A stretch of 38,401 bases of DNA from Pseudomonadota bacterium. Lineage in GTDB: Bacteria; Pseudomonadota; Alphaproteobacteria; Geminicoccales; Geminicoccaceae. The stretch lies in NCBI GenBank assembly GCA_046727895.1, contig JBKPDM010000208.1, positions 1 through 38,401 on the forward strand, in the 5' to 3' direction. The position numbers were made by a program, and so were the translations under genes. This document shows, one piece after another, positions 37,389 through 38,401 of the stretch; positions within the stretch are counted from its first letter, which is position 1; each line of letters starts with the position of its first letter. Below the pieces are notes generated by a model. It saw nothing but the letters and a program-made list of their open reading frames with translations, did not search any database and was not told the origin of the DNA.

Positions 37389-37787
37389 CTACCACCAGGG
37401 TCCCCAGGCACCCCAGTCCATGGCGTACTCTTGGTTGATCTGCGCCGCCATCGTCTCCTCCTCGGCGATCTGCTGCTGCACCGCGAGTTTCTGGAACTCA
37501 TCATAGTTGGTCTCATCGCCGACGTAGAGGCACTTGCAGGCAGTCGCATCGGCATAGACGTAGTAGAGCTTGCCGTTCTGCTCGCGCCGCAGCAGCTTGT
37601 GGTCGGGCAGGCTCTCGAGCTGTTTGAGCTTGTCGGGTGTGTCAGCCGGGCGCTCGTGGAACCCGGCGGCGGCAAGCAATTGCTCCTTGTTCCTGGCATG
37701 GCTGTTCTCGATCGCGGTGCAGCCAATCAGAGCCATGACCAGAGGAGCGACGACCAGCACCGTCCGCCAGGCTGTTCGATCACGCAT
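37389..37787 (-). CDS. Hypothetical lipoprotein (132 aa)
   Basis: ATG 37787 has a GGGAGG RBS. MRDRTAWRTVLVVAPLVMALIGCTA carries a lipobox (LIGC). No family recognised. Confidence 0.55.
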   Translation of the reverse strand: MRDRTAWRTVLVVAPLVMALIGCTAIENSHARNKEQLLAAAGFHERPADTPDKLKQLESLPDHKLLRREQNGKLYYVYADATACKCLYVGDETNYDEFQKLAVQQQIAEEETMAAQINQEYAMDWGAWGPWW

Positions 37788-37885
37788 CGTATCCTCCCAA
37801 AAAGGTTCGGACGCAAATCCTGCAGCACGGAAACACGTCTGAACAGGACAGTGCAATCGGCGTGTCACCCCGACCCGCATTCCGC

Positions 37886-38380
37886 CTAGTCCAGGTCTGC
37901 CAGGCCCAAACGCTCATGCCAGGCGGCGATCGATTCGTCGGGGTAGCCGTCGAAGCGCTTGTCCCGCGGTCCGATCGCCGGCTCGACCCAGGGCGCCTTG
38001 GACGCCAGCATCAAGTGGGTGCGTTCGGGCGGGACGGGCAGCGGCGTGTCGATCGCCGCGGCCAGCGGATGGACCAGCTCCGGCCAGCGCGGGTCCCAAA
38101 GCCAGAGATGGCTGCCGCAGAGGCTGCAGAAGTTGCGCTCGGCCGGGCTCTCGTACGGCTCCGCAGCGCCCGCCTCACGAATCCTGGCGTGGTAGACCCG
38201 GACGTGCTCGCGCCCTTCGACCTCGAGGGTTTCGGCGACGCCACCGAGATTGATCGCGAAGCCACCCCCGCCTGCGGTCTTGCGGCAGATCGAGCAATAG
38301 CAGAGGTTGAACGGATATGGATGACGCGAGCGCAGCCGGAAGCGGACCGCGCCGCAGTGACAGGAGCCTTCCAGGAGCAC
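37886..38380 (-). CDS. GFA-family (glutathione-dependent formaldehyde-activating / CENP-V-like) zinc protein
   Basis: GSCHCGAVRF and CYCSICRK are the GFA Cys motifs. GTG 38380 is preceded by a GGAGG RBS. Confidence 0.85.
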   Translation of the reverse strand: MLLEGSCHCGAVRFRLRSRHPYPFNLCYCSICRKTAGGGGFAINLGGVAETLEVEGREHVRVYHARIREAGAAEPYESPAERNFCSLCGSHLWLWDPRWPELVHPLAAAIDTPLPVPPERTHLMLASKAPWVEPAIGPRDKRFDGYPDESIAAWHERLGLADLD

Positions 38381-38401
38381 GGCACCACCTCCACCTCGGA
38401 C

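Overview
High-GC, densely coding chromosomal segment. The protein families suggest an alphaproteobacterium of the Hyphomicrobiales/Bradyrhizobiaceae type; this is inference, no search was run. I support about 40 CDSs, one tRNA-Gly(GCC) and one tandem repeat. I saw no CRISPR array, transposase, integrase, phage genes or rRNA. All family calls rest on motifs read from the supplied translations, not on searches. Gene content from left to right: (1) a HutF-like deiminase whose start codon lies in the last unit of a 14-bp x11 tandem repeat; (2) a five-gene HAAT/Liv-type ABC transporter plus a PfkB kinase; (3) a minus-strand lipoprotein gene followed by a small, apparently frame-split coiled-coil gene, next to the longest non-coding stretch in the window (388 bp, visibly less GC-rich, with nested inverted repeats); (4) a DUF1326 gene; (5) a translationally coupled three-gene cluster of unknown pathway (Cys-rich 6-hydroxynicotinate-reductase-like protein, UPF0280/ApbE-like, amino-acid-synthesis family); (6) a divergent rhodanese-DUF2892 / MBL-fold persulfide-dioxygenase-like pair; (7) an orphan DUF4231/SLATT 2TM protein; (8) an M48 protease; (9) an enolase-superfamily enzyme plus a two-domain OYE/FAD oxidoreductase; (10) a PAS / degenerate-GGDEF / EAL protein; (11) an NDUFA9-like SDR; (12) tRNA-Gly; (13) the block YbbN-like thioredoxin, Lon N-domain protein, Trm112, DUF971; (14) a CUT1-type sugar ABC operon with an embedded Gfo/Idh/MocA oxidoreductase; (15) TVP38, a MetE-like methyltransferase, and a minimal merR / merTPA mercury operon with a textbook 19-bp-spacer MerR promoter; (16) DUF3750, a lipoprotein and a GFA-family gene. 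Most of this is ordinary core or metabolic content. I do not see a clear-cut novel system. The candidates most worth a second look are the start-codon tandem repeat with decoy mini-ORFs (11..180), the coupled Hnr-like/UPF0280/AA_synth cluster (9580..12490), the lipoprotein plus split small gene plus structured spacer islet (7153..8843), the orphan SLATT gene, and the atypical minimal mer operon.
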